A stretch of 64,000 nucleotides of DNA from a virus: positions 1-64,000 of IMG/VR virus record IMGVR_UViG_3300033141_004289. One strand, given 5' to 3'. Under the pieces are notes generated by a model that worked only from the letters and a program-made list of their open reading frames with translations, did not search any database and was not told where the DNA came from. Within the stretch, counting starts at the first letter, position 1. The number at the start of each line of letters is the position of its first letter. Positions 53,137 to 61,299 of this stretch are shown piece by piece. Made by a program: the position numbers and the translations under genes.

Positions 53137-53479
53137 AATTAGTAAATGAAATTAATTCAATGTTGGAAGAGGTTGATGCTAAAACAGATATGAAAGTTGA
53201 TGATTTTGTTAGTAAATTTTTAATGAAAACCTATAAATTAGATTCCTATCCAGATGGTAGTGGAGTTGAAGGTAAATCAATTAGAAAGACTTTCCCTGTT
53301 AGGGATATAAAAGATGTTGATGCTAAAAAAATAGAAGATGCTATAAATGGTAAATTTAAAGATATTTTAAAATCTGTGTCTGTTAAAAAGAAAAGTCCTA
53401 GGAATCAAGTCGCCCAGTATTGGGTGGATATAAAATTTAAATAAAGGTAAGTTTATATGAAATTAGTAAATGAAATTAA
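53121..53479 (+). repeat. 35-bp direct repeat (1 mismatch) at the starts of two adjacent leader genes
   Basis: AGGTA[G/A]GTTTATATGAAATTAGTAAATGAAATTAA at 53121 and 53445. Confidence 0.9.
53133..53444 (+). CDS. MKLVNEIN-leader protein
   Basis: Leader MKLVNEINSMLEE. Confidence 0.6.
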   Translation: MKLVNEINSMLEEVDAKTDMKVDDFVSKFLMKTYKLDSYPDGSGVEGKSIRKTFPVRDIKDVDAKKIEDAINGKFKDILKSVSVKKKSPRNQVAQYWVDIKFK

Positions 53480-53705
53480 AAATTTAATTGAAGCAGTAGA
53501 TGGAAAAGAACTAAAAGCAGAATTATTAAAGAATAAAAACATTCAAGCAGTAGATACAGAAAAAGGAAAACTTATTGCTATTGTTTCACCAGAAATGAAG
53601 CATAAATTTTTGGCAGATATAAAGAAGAGTAAACTAATGAATCAATCTGCAAATTGGGTAGATTCAGCAGGTAAAACAATAAAGTTTTACTTCGATGTAA
53701 AGTAA
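53457..53705 (+). CDS. MKLVNEI-leader protein
   Basis: Leader MKLVNEIKNLIE. Confidence 0.6.
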   Translation: MKLVNEIKNLIEAVDGKELKAELLKNKNIQAVDTEKGKLIAIVSPEMKHKFLADIKKSKLMNQSANWVDSAGKTIKFYFDVK

Positions 53706-53715
53706 AGGAAAAGTC

Positions 53716-54519
53716 ATGACAGAAAGTAAATTCATTCCAGAAATCGAACTGGATGTAACTAAACTACCTTCTAGGGGTTTAAGTTATCCAACAGGTACAA
53801 AAATTAAGTATCGAACTTATACATTTGGAGAAGTTAGAAAAATCAGCACCTCCAATATGAGTATCGAGTCCTCATTAAAAATGGCAATTGAAGGTATTGA
53901 AACAGATTTTGGTGCAAAAAATTTAACCTTAATGGATGCTCTTTATATTGGGATATTAAGAAAAATATCCTCATTAACGGAAATGAAATTTGAAGTTCCT
54001 TATATGTGTACTAAATGTAAAAAGGCGGCCAAAGGTGTTTTCAATCATAATGACATTACTTTTCGAGATATCGACAAAGACGTTAGCTCTCTTCCTATAT
54101 ACATTGACTTGGGAGGGAAGGAACTTGCTTTTAGTCCTATGACGGTATCTGATTATTTTGAATTAACTTCTGGTAAGCATGATGATGTTTTTAAAGATAG
54201 TAAAATTGATAGAGTAGCAGTTCAGGCAATTAGTATTAAAAATATGAGCTTTAAAGCTGCCTATGAAATGCTTTATAAAGTTAATACACCAGAAGATATT
54301 GAATTAATCACAGAAGTTGATAGACTGTTACTACACGATATAGAAAATTTAAAGACAACGTGTAGAAATAATGTTGAAGGAAAGACTTGCGGGGGTGAAA
54401 ACTCGATTAAATTAGAGGGTCGGGAGGCCCTCATTAGCCCGTTTCGTAGCTCCGAAGGAACTGTTAGAAATAGAATTCGTTTTAGCTCTACACCAAAGCC
54501 TCAGTCCATATCAGATTGA
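53716..54519 (+). CDS. Baseplate hub assembly / tail chaperone (gp26-like)
   Basis: LPS.G..Y, D..YI..LRK.S, CxxC and C..C motifs. Confidence 0.7.
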   Translation: MTESKFIPEIELDVTKLPSRGLSYPTGTKIKYRTYTFGEVRKISTSNMSIESSLKMAIEGIETDFGAKNLTLMDALYIGILRKISSLTEMKFEVPYMCTKCKKAAKGVFNHNDITFRDIDKDVSSLPIYIDLGGKELAFSPMTVSDYFELTSGKHDDVFKDSKIDRVAVQAISIKNMSFKAAYEMLYKVNTPEDIELITEVDRLLLHDIENLKTTCRNNVEGKTCGGENSIKLEGREALISPFRSSEGTVRNRIRFSSTPKPQSISD

Positions 54520-54589
54520 TTATCTGGAATTTACTAGGGTTTTAGAATTGGAAAGTAGGCTAAGAAAGTATCTGAAGAAGGATAAATAA
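54443..54589 (+). CDS. Start-less +1-frame ORF (gp51-like), probable frameshift extension
   Basis: FVAPKELLEIEFVLALHQSLSPYQIDYLEFTRVLELESRLRKYLKKDK; its stop overlaps the TMP ATG. Confidence 0.55.
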   Translation, partial: FVAPKELLEIEFVLALHQSLSPYQIDYLEFTRVLELESRLRKYLKKDK

Positions 54590-56262
54590 TGTCGGAAGTA
54601 GAAAACCTTATTCAAGAACAGGCGACAACAAATTTAAATTTGGCTTTATTGCTAGATACTAAGGCCACATTTGACGATATTTTATTAGAGAATATGATAT
54701 CTAATGAATTATTAGATACTAATTCAAATGCTATTGTCTCATTAGATAAAACATTAAAATCTGAAATTACAAATCTTAGTTCTACTATTGCTAGTTTTAA
54801 ATTAGATGAACCAGAAGAATTTAAAAGTCTTCCACTTCCAATAGAAACAAATTTTCCGCTATTACCCGCACCAGAAGGCACAGTTTTTGACCAGAGTGAA
54901 GTTGTAAATGCTTTAACAGAATTACAACCAATTGAACCTGAATTAAGAACTGTTATTAATGAAGCCGAAGATGATACTCAGATTTTATCGGATATATCTG
55001 AAACAGGTGACGATTCTGTATCTCATTTATCAGATATAAATGACGGTATTCAGGAAATTATATCCAGAGATGAAACAGAAGAGTTTGAATCTCAAAAAGG
55101 TGTAGCAGTAGATAGGCAAAAAGATAGTGAGGCCTCAGAAGGTTTATTTGAAGGAATGGGCGGAAAAGCTGCTGCATTAGCTGGTAAGGCCGGTGTTATT
55201 GGAGCAGTCGCACTTGCCACAGGTGCAATTGTAAAATCAGTTTTTGATGGATTAACAGATGATAAGGTGATTCAAGATATTACAGGTAAGGCGAGAAAAG
55301 ACCTTACTGCAAGTGAAGAATCCTTTGCAATATTATCAAATGTGGTTGAGACACTTTCATTTGGTTTATTTAGTGCTAAAGAAACATTTGAGGCAGTACA
55401 ACCTTTAGCAGAAGGATTTCAGAAGGCCACAGATGCTTTATTTGACCCAGATGAAGGGGTATTTGGGTTCTTTACTAGTTCTGTTATAAAGCTATTTGAA
55501 GGTGATATAATGGGGGCCTTAGAGGATACTGTAATTGGTATTGCTAAGTTACCTTTAAAAATATTTGAATTAGGTCAAAAAATTGGAACAGCTTTATTTG
55601 ATTTGCTGCCTACAGATATTCAAAATCAAGTATCTGATTTTATAACTCCAATTACTGACCCACTATTTAAATTCTTTTTTGAAGATATCCCAAATACATA
55701 TCAGGCAATTGCTGACACTATTAAAAGCGGTTTTGATTTTATAATGGATATTCCTAATAAAATTGAAACTATGGTAACTAATTTTACCGATTCAGTAATT
55801 GAGGGATTAACTAGTGCATTTGATTTTGTAGGTGATATCGCTTCAAAAATAGCTGATAGTGTATCAAATTTTGCTTCTGATATAATTAATGGGATTAAAG
55901 GTAAGGCAGTTGAACTAGCAAGTGACCTTCCATTTGGGATAGGTGACAAGATAGTGTCACTTTTTGACACTATTGAAGCTCCTGAGAAAAAAGAACCAGT
56001 TCAAAATAAAGGAATATTTAAACCCATTCTTTCTAAAGAAGCAGGAGAGAATATTCCAATTTCAAAATCACCATCAGTTGTTGATGCCGAACCTACAGCA
56101 AAACTATCTAAAGAGAGATTTGACCAACAACAAGTAATTGTTCAATCAACACCACCTCAACCAATTATTATTGAAAAAGAGAAGAGAGAAGAAAAGAAAA
56201 TAAGCAGAAGAACAGAGTCAAATGACATGACTTTATCAATGCTTGGAATGGGGAATTTCTAA
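54589..56262 (+). CDS. Tape measure protein
   Basis: Helical, periodic F residues, TLSFGL motif; position after chaperone. Confidence 0.7.
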   Translation: MSEVENLIQEQATTNLNLALLLDTKATFDDILLENMISNELLDTNSNAIVSLDKTLKSEITNLSSTIASFKLDEPEEFKSLPLPIETNFPLLPAPEGTVFDQSEVVNALTELQPIEPELRTVINEAEDDTQILSDISETGDDSVSHLSDINDGIQEIISRDETEEFESQKGVAVDRQKDSEASEGLFEGMGGKAAALAGKAGVIGAVALATGAIVKSVFDGLTDDKVIQDITGKARKDLTASEESFAILSNVVETLSFGLFSAKETFEAVQPLAEGFQKATDALFDPDEGVFGFFTSSVIKLFEGDIMGALEDTVIGIAKLPLKIFELGQKIGTALFDLLPTDIQNQVSDFITPITDPLFKFFFEDIPNTYQAIADTIKSGFDFIMDIPNKIETMVTNFTDSVIEGLTSAFDFVGDIASKIADSVSNFASDIINGIKGKAVELASDLPFGIGDKIVSLFDTIEAPEKKEPVQNKGIFKPILSKEAGENIPISKSPSVVDAEPTAKLSKERFDQQQVIVQSTPPQPIIIEKEKREEKKISRRTESNDMTLSMLGMGNF

Positions 56263-56894
56263 TGTCTGATTATAGAGACTTTTTAAGTAATAAAAAATAT
56301 CAAGTTGTAATTGCCGGATTATCTGGTGGGCCAGTAGTGGCAGTTATGCAAAACGATTTATCTATAGCTGGTGGAAATGATTTCACAACTGCTGGAGAAG
56401 TGTTAAGAGATGTTCCAATTGCTGGTGCCGCTTTAACTGTAAAGGATAAGGCAGCGAGTTTAGTAAAAATTGCTGGACGATCTGTTACCTCTCAATTTGA
56501 AACTCGATTGGCTTGGAGTAATAGTTTAAAACCAAATTTTACTATTGAGATGACCTTTTACCAAGATGATGCAAATGCTAATGATTCCATACTATCTCAA
56601 TATAAAAGAATAAAAAGTGCTGTACTCCCAACAGCTCAAGGTAAATTTTATAAAGCACCACTAGGTTACAAAATTGGTAACTTAAAGGGTCAATCTTTGA
56701 GGCCAAGTGGAACACTTAGTATTCAAATTGGTGAATGGTTTAGAGCAACAAATGTAGTTATGGTTTCAGAAAATTTTACCTTCTCTAAAGAAGTAAATAT
56801 TAATGGTCAACCTTTATTTGCTACTGGTTCAATTACTTTAGAACCATTTAAAGCAGTAACCTACAAAGAATACCAAGATTATTTTATTGATTAG
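56262..56894 (+). CDS. Baseplate tube-cap-like protein (gp48-like)
   Basis: Position after TMP; G.PL.ATG.ITL pattern. Confidence 0.5.
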   Translation: MSDYRDFLSNKKYQVVIAGLSGGPVVAVMQNDLSIAGGNDFTTAGEVLRDVPIAGAALTVKDKAASLVKIAGRSVTSQFETRLAWSNSLKPNFTIEMTFYQDDANANDSILSQYKRIKSAVLPTAQGKFYKAPLGYKIGNLKGQSLRPSGTLSIQIGEWFRATNVVMVSENFTFSKEVNINGQPLFATGSITLEPFKAVTYKEYQDYFID

Positions 56895-56902
56895 GATTTT
56901 AT

Positions 56903-57280
56903 ATGACCAAAGAAGCAGAAGCTAAAGCATTTTTTATAAATTTAGACCTTGAATCACCTGAGAGATTCGATATGTCTCGTTTTATGCTTTATGACGAAGA
57001 TGTTTTTGAACCAATCACTTCTCATGTTCTTGAAACAATTAAGGGATTAGAGGCCGGTGGCCAATATGTTGTAACAGGAGAAGATTATAGACCTGATTCT
57101 GTTAGTGATAAAATCTATGGAACAACAGAATATTGGTGGATTTTATTAATATATAATGAAAAACTTTCATTTAATGATTTACAGCATGGGGATGAAATCC
57201 GATTCCCTTCAATTCAGGCATTAGAAGATTTATATTTTAGTTTAAAAGTACAGCAAAATAATGTTGATAGGGAAGATTAA
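56903..57280 (+). CDS. Baseplate wedge LysM-like protein (gp53-like)
   Basis: RPDSVSDKIYG..YWW.LL.YN. Confidence 0.85.
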   Translation: MTKEAEAKAFFINLDLESPERFDMSRFMLYDEDVFEPITSHVLETIKGLEAGGQYVVTGEDYRPDSVSDKIYGTTEYWWILLIYNEKLSFNDLQHGDEIRFPSIQALEDLYFSLKVQQNNVDRED

Positions 57281-58410
57281 TGAGTTTCGGAGTTGATGGA
57301 CAATACATTTTATCAATTAGTTTAAATGGAAATTCTGACTTTATTGAACCAGAGGATTTGGAAGAACTAACTATTTACGAATATGCTGGAAATATATTAC
57401 CTACATTTGAATTAAATTTTAGATCAAATGACGAAACATTATTAAAATCTTTAAATGAGGGTAACTCTATTAATGTTCAAACTGGTAAATCAACCAGTGA
57501 GTCAATTGATATATCTCTTTATCCAAATACTTTAAAGACCGTTAAAGATGGCCCTGATATGCGATATTATGAGGTGAAAGGTTTTGCTGCTTCAATTAGT
57601 TATATCACAAACCATAATTTACAAATAACAGATGAAAAATCTGGTATTGAAGTAGCTATAGAATTAGGAAATGACAATTTTTCTAAAGTGGAATCTAATG
57701 TTTTTAAATCAAGTGATAAGCAAAAATGGATTCAGCCAAATATTACAGATAAACAATTTATGAACCAAGTTATTTTACATAGTGACCTTGGCACATCATT
57801 TCCAGTTTATGGGATTACCTCAGATGGAATATTTATTGTAAAAGATTTATTAAAAGCTCTTAGCTCAGGGTTTGATTGGAGATTAACTAAAAATCCGTTA
57901 AAGCCAAATGATATATCATATGATTCAGATGTAACTATTGACTCTAAATCTGGATTTATAAATAGTTGGATTGGCTACGGTAAAGAATTAAAAGTTATTA
58001 ATTCAATAGATGGAAAGGTTGAAAGCGTTTTTGAAGACCCAGAAGTAATTATGTCAATGTCTAAAGAATTGGATAAATCAAGTGACATAGAAAGAAGATT
58101 TGGTGGGACTAGAAATATTAATGATAATGTTCATGCTAAATTTTGGGAAAGCCATAACCATAATTTACAATCTTTGGCAAATTTATCAAAAATTGATAAC
58201 ACCCTCAGTTTTACAGATCAATTTCATTATGTGAAGCCATTAGATGTTGTAATGTTTACGGAAGAATCAAATTCTAATACAATTCAAGCAGGCGAAGAAC
58301 AATCTGGATTATACATTGTTTCAGGTGTTGTTAGAACATTTCAAATGAAAAGAACTAGTACAGTATTAATATTAAATAGAGAAGCATTTAATCAGGTGAA
58401 AAATACATAA
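57280..58410 (+). CDS. Baseplate hub (gp27-like)
   Basis: Size, position before spike, SGLYIV C-terminal motif. Confidence 0.65.
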   Translation: MSFGVDGQYILSISLNGNSDFIEPEDLEELTIYEYAGNILPTFELNFRSNDETLLKSLNEGNSINVQTGKSTSESIDISLYPNTLKTVKDGPDMRYYEVKGFAASISYITNHNLQITDEKSGIEVAIELGNDNFSKVESNVFKSSDKQKWIQPNITDKQFMNQVILHSDLGTSFPVYGITSDGIFIVKDLLKALSSGFDWRLTKNPLKPNDISYDSDVTIDSKSGFINSWIGYGKELKVINSIDGKVESVFEDPEVIMSMSKELDKSSDIERRFGGTRNINDNVHAKFWESHNHNLQSLANLSKIDNTLSFTDQFHYVKPLDVVMFTEESNSNTIQAGEEQSGLYIVSGVVRTFQMKRTSTVLILNREAFNQVKNT

Positions 58411-59180
58411 TGTTAATTAGATTATCAGAACATATGGTGCCAGTTAAGGGTTTAAGCAAACCGCTTAAAGGTATTGTAGTAGATAATGAAGACCCAAAAA
58501 AATTAGGTAGAGTTAAATGTACTATTGCTGGAATCATGGAAGCAGATAAAGAAAAACTTCCTTGGATCACATCTCCATATAGTCCATCTAAATTTGATGT
58601 ACCCGAAATAAACGAAGAATTAATAATTGAATTTCCGTATGGTAATGTCTATAATCCGTTTTTCACAGGATATTGGCACAATGAAGCAAACCACGATACA
58701 CTTTTTGACACTGATTACCCTAATAGTTTTGGCATTTCTAAGCAAGGCTTCATCCTAAAATATAATAAAACATTAAAAAAAGGTGAGTTTATTCATCCAT
58801 CTGGAACCACAGCTACTTTATTAGAAGACGGCACTCTCCAAATAAATATTGCTAAAGACCTTGCTCTAGTAATATCGGGAAAAGTTACCCAGTCTGTTAC
58901 AGGAGATATTGAATTTTCATCAGACGGTAATTTAAAATTAATTGGTAAAGGTGGTGTTGAAGTCACTAGTGATGGAAGTGCTAAGTTTGCTGGAAAAGGT
59001 AGCACAGAAGTTGGTGATGGTGGAAGTAGTACAGAAGTTAAAGGAACCAGTATTTTATTAGCTGGTGGTGGACTTGGTGTAGCACTACTTACATCGCAAA
59101 CAATAGCTGTCGGGAATCTCGGTGCTCCTGTAGTGGGGAACATAATAGAAGGAAGCAGTAAGGTGTTTGCACCTAAATAA
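58410..59180 (+). CDS. Baseplate central spike (gp5/gpV-like)
   Basis: GIVVDNEDP..LGRVK OB fold, LPW, HPSGT, beta-helix repeats. Confidence 0.9.
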   Translation: MLIRLSEHMVPVKGLSKPLKGIVVDNEDPKKLGRVKCTIAGIMEADKEKLPWITSPYSPSKFDVPEINEELIIEFPYGNVYNPFFTGYWHNEANHDTLFDTDYPNSFGISKQGFILKYNKTLKKGEFIHPSGTTATLLEDGTLQINIAKDLALVISGKVTQSVTGDIEFSSDGNLKLIGKGGVEVTSDGSAKFAGKGSTEVGDGGSSTEVKGTSILLAGGGLGVALLTSQTIAVGNLGAPVVGNIIEGSSKVFAPK

Positions 59181-59423
59181 AGGATATTTTATGCAGCATT
59201 ATCAGTGTAAATGTGGAAAAACGAAAGCAAGTGGTTCTATGCCACCTTATAAATGTGACTGGTGTGAAGATTGTAATTCTAGTATTGCATTAGGGCCTAA
59301 AGCACATAGAGATAGAATCCCTCATAAATACATTGAAACTAAAGTTAAAATAGATGGCGGGTATGGCGTACTTACTAAGTGCGAATATTGTTTAATAACT
59401 AAGGATAAATTAGAAGGATAGTA

Positions 59424-60929
59424 ATGGCCTTAATTTTTACTGACAACCAGATTAAATCATTAACAAAGGACACACTAGACCTTCCTTTAATTATTGATAA
59501 TCCAAGTGAGGGAACTGGTTTAATCCAACAACAAGCAGCTATTCAAGTAGCTAAAGATGAAATTTATATTGTTGACCAACAGAATAAGGTTTTTAGCAAT
59601 CATTGGATTGATGTTATATCCAAATACCATACCGAACTTGAAAGGCTAAATAAGACAGTTAAATCACTTTATAGCGAGGTTATTTTAGACGATGGGGCAA
59701 GAGGCTTACCAGATCATTATACCCCTACATGGCCTAATCTTGTTCCAATAGTTGTTGATCAAAATAATGGATCACCAACTTCTGTTAGTGGAGTACAATC
59801 TGAAACTGAAAGAATTGCTACACTTGAGTCCTCAATTGACAAGTTAATCAATGGATTTACAGGAACTGGTTCAGTTGATGATGTATTAGATGACCCATAC
59901 ACCATTGGTGACGGTTTTTTATCTACATCAGCTACTTTAACTTCTGGTGATTTAGTTATTGTAGATAGTGGTGGCTCATCAATGTTGGTATTAATTGGAG
60001 CAGCTGGTGGTTTTTGTACTCCAACTGCTACCCCCGATACAGAGGCCCAATGTACTATTGAAGGTGGTGCATGGACTAGTACAACTTCTATTATTATACT
60101 CTCAACGGATAAAAATTTTGGTGCTGGTGCTAGAATTAGAAACTTTCATAGTGGATTTACAAATAGTGAGAGAGGTCATCAAGGTGCGCCCAATTATGCC
60201 TTTGATGTTATGGTTTATTTTGAGGGTGAAATCACCACTAATACTACTGGTTGGAAGATTAATTTAAACGATCAAAAAACAAGTTTAGAAAATAATGACG
60301 ATATTGCGCCAAGAAATGCTTCAAATATACTCGAGTTAGCTGAACTAAATGTAGTAATCCCAGATATTACAATTTGGGAAGGGATTGTAATTGTTGACCC
60401 AAATGGAAAATTCACTGATGCATCTTTAGTTTTATATATTTCAGATAATGTTGTAACTAGGAATTTTACTGTTCCATTAAGAATTGGTGAAATAAATATT
60501 AATTTAGGAAGTGTTGTTCAAGCTGGTGACGGTAGTGTAGTTGAGTCTGGTGTTTATGGGGATTTATGGAAATTTGTTTTAATTAGAATTTCTAAATCAG
60601 GTGGTTCATTAACTGGTTATTATGGAATGGATTTAGGGATAATTCATTTTGATACAAAAATTGCTAATGCAAATAGTCAATTAGAGCAATATGAGAATAC
60701 TTTTGCAATCACACTAATTATAGAAGATACTATAGTTGGTCAAATATCTTTCGAGGTAGAATCAGTAGTTGATTTTTCAATAGGTCAAACTGTTAAAGTT
60801 ATGGATAACGAATCAGTGGTTTATACTCGTATTATTAATAACATTCTCGGTTCTGATATAATTTTAGATAGTGGCATACCCTCAATATTAACTACTGGAA
60901 ACCAAGCTAGAATTGTGAGGCAGAAATAA
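59424..60929 (+). CDS. Putative virion structural protein
   Basis: 501 aa acidic ORF coupled to gp25, between spike and gp25. Confidence 0.5.
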   Translation: MALIFTDNQIKSLTKDTLDLPLIIDNPSEGTGLIQQQAAIQVAKDEIYIVDQQNKVFSNHWIDVISKYHTELERLNKTVKSLYSEVILDDGARGLPDHYTPTWPNLVPIVVDQNNGSPTSVSGVQSETERIATLESSIDKLINGFTGTGSVDDVLDDPYTIGDGFLSTSATLTSGDLVIVDSGGSSMLVLIGAAGGFCTPTATPDTEAQCTIEGGAWTSTTSIIILSTDKNFGAGARIRNFHSGFTNSERGHQGAPNYAFDVMVYFEGEITTNTTGWKINLNDQKTSLENNDDIAPRNASNILELAELNVVIPDITIWEGIVIVDPNGKFTDASLVLYISDNVVTRNFTVPLRIGEININLGSVVQAGDGSVVESGVYGDLWKFVLIRISKSGGSLTGYYGMDLGIIHFDTKIANANSQLEQYENTFAITLIIEDTIVGQISFEVESVVDFSIGQTVKVMDNESVVYTRIINNILGSDIILDSGIPSILTTGNQARIVRQK

Positions 60930-61297
60930 TGTTCTATAAAGATGTAAATTCAATTACCTCTACAAACAGACCAGATGTAACAGATGTTGATGCTATCACT
61001 CAGGCCCTATTGAATTTAATTAGAACAAGAAAAGGTGAAAGACCATTTAATAATGATTTTGGATTAGATATTGAAGATAGATTATTTGATTTAATGGATG
61101 ATGGTACAAAATTAGAAATACTAACTGAAATTTTTGATGCAGTTAGTAGATATGAGCCAAGAGTTGAATTAAGTAGATCAAGAAGTGATATAGAATTTGA
61201 TGAAGAAAATAATAAAATTGAGATTACATTAGTTTTCTCAATACTTGGTTTTGAAGATGATAAATTATTCGAAGTAACTACTAGCCTTGAGAGATAA
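60929..61297 (+). CDS. Baseplate wedge gp25-like protein
   Basis: AI..ALLNL..T.KGERPF..DFG, YEPRV. Confidence 0.92.
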   Translation: MFYKDVNSITSTNRPDVTDVDAITQALLNLIRTRKGERPFNNDFGLDIEDRLFDLMDDGTKLEILTEIFDAVSRYEPRVELSRSRSDIEFDEENNKIEITLVFSILGFEDDKLFEVTTSLER

Positions 61298-61299
61298 TA

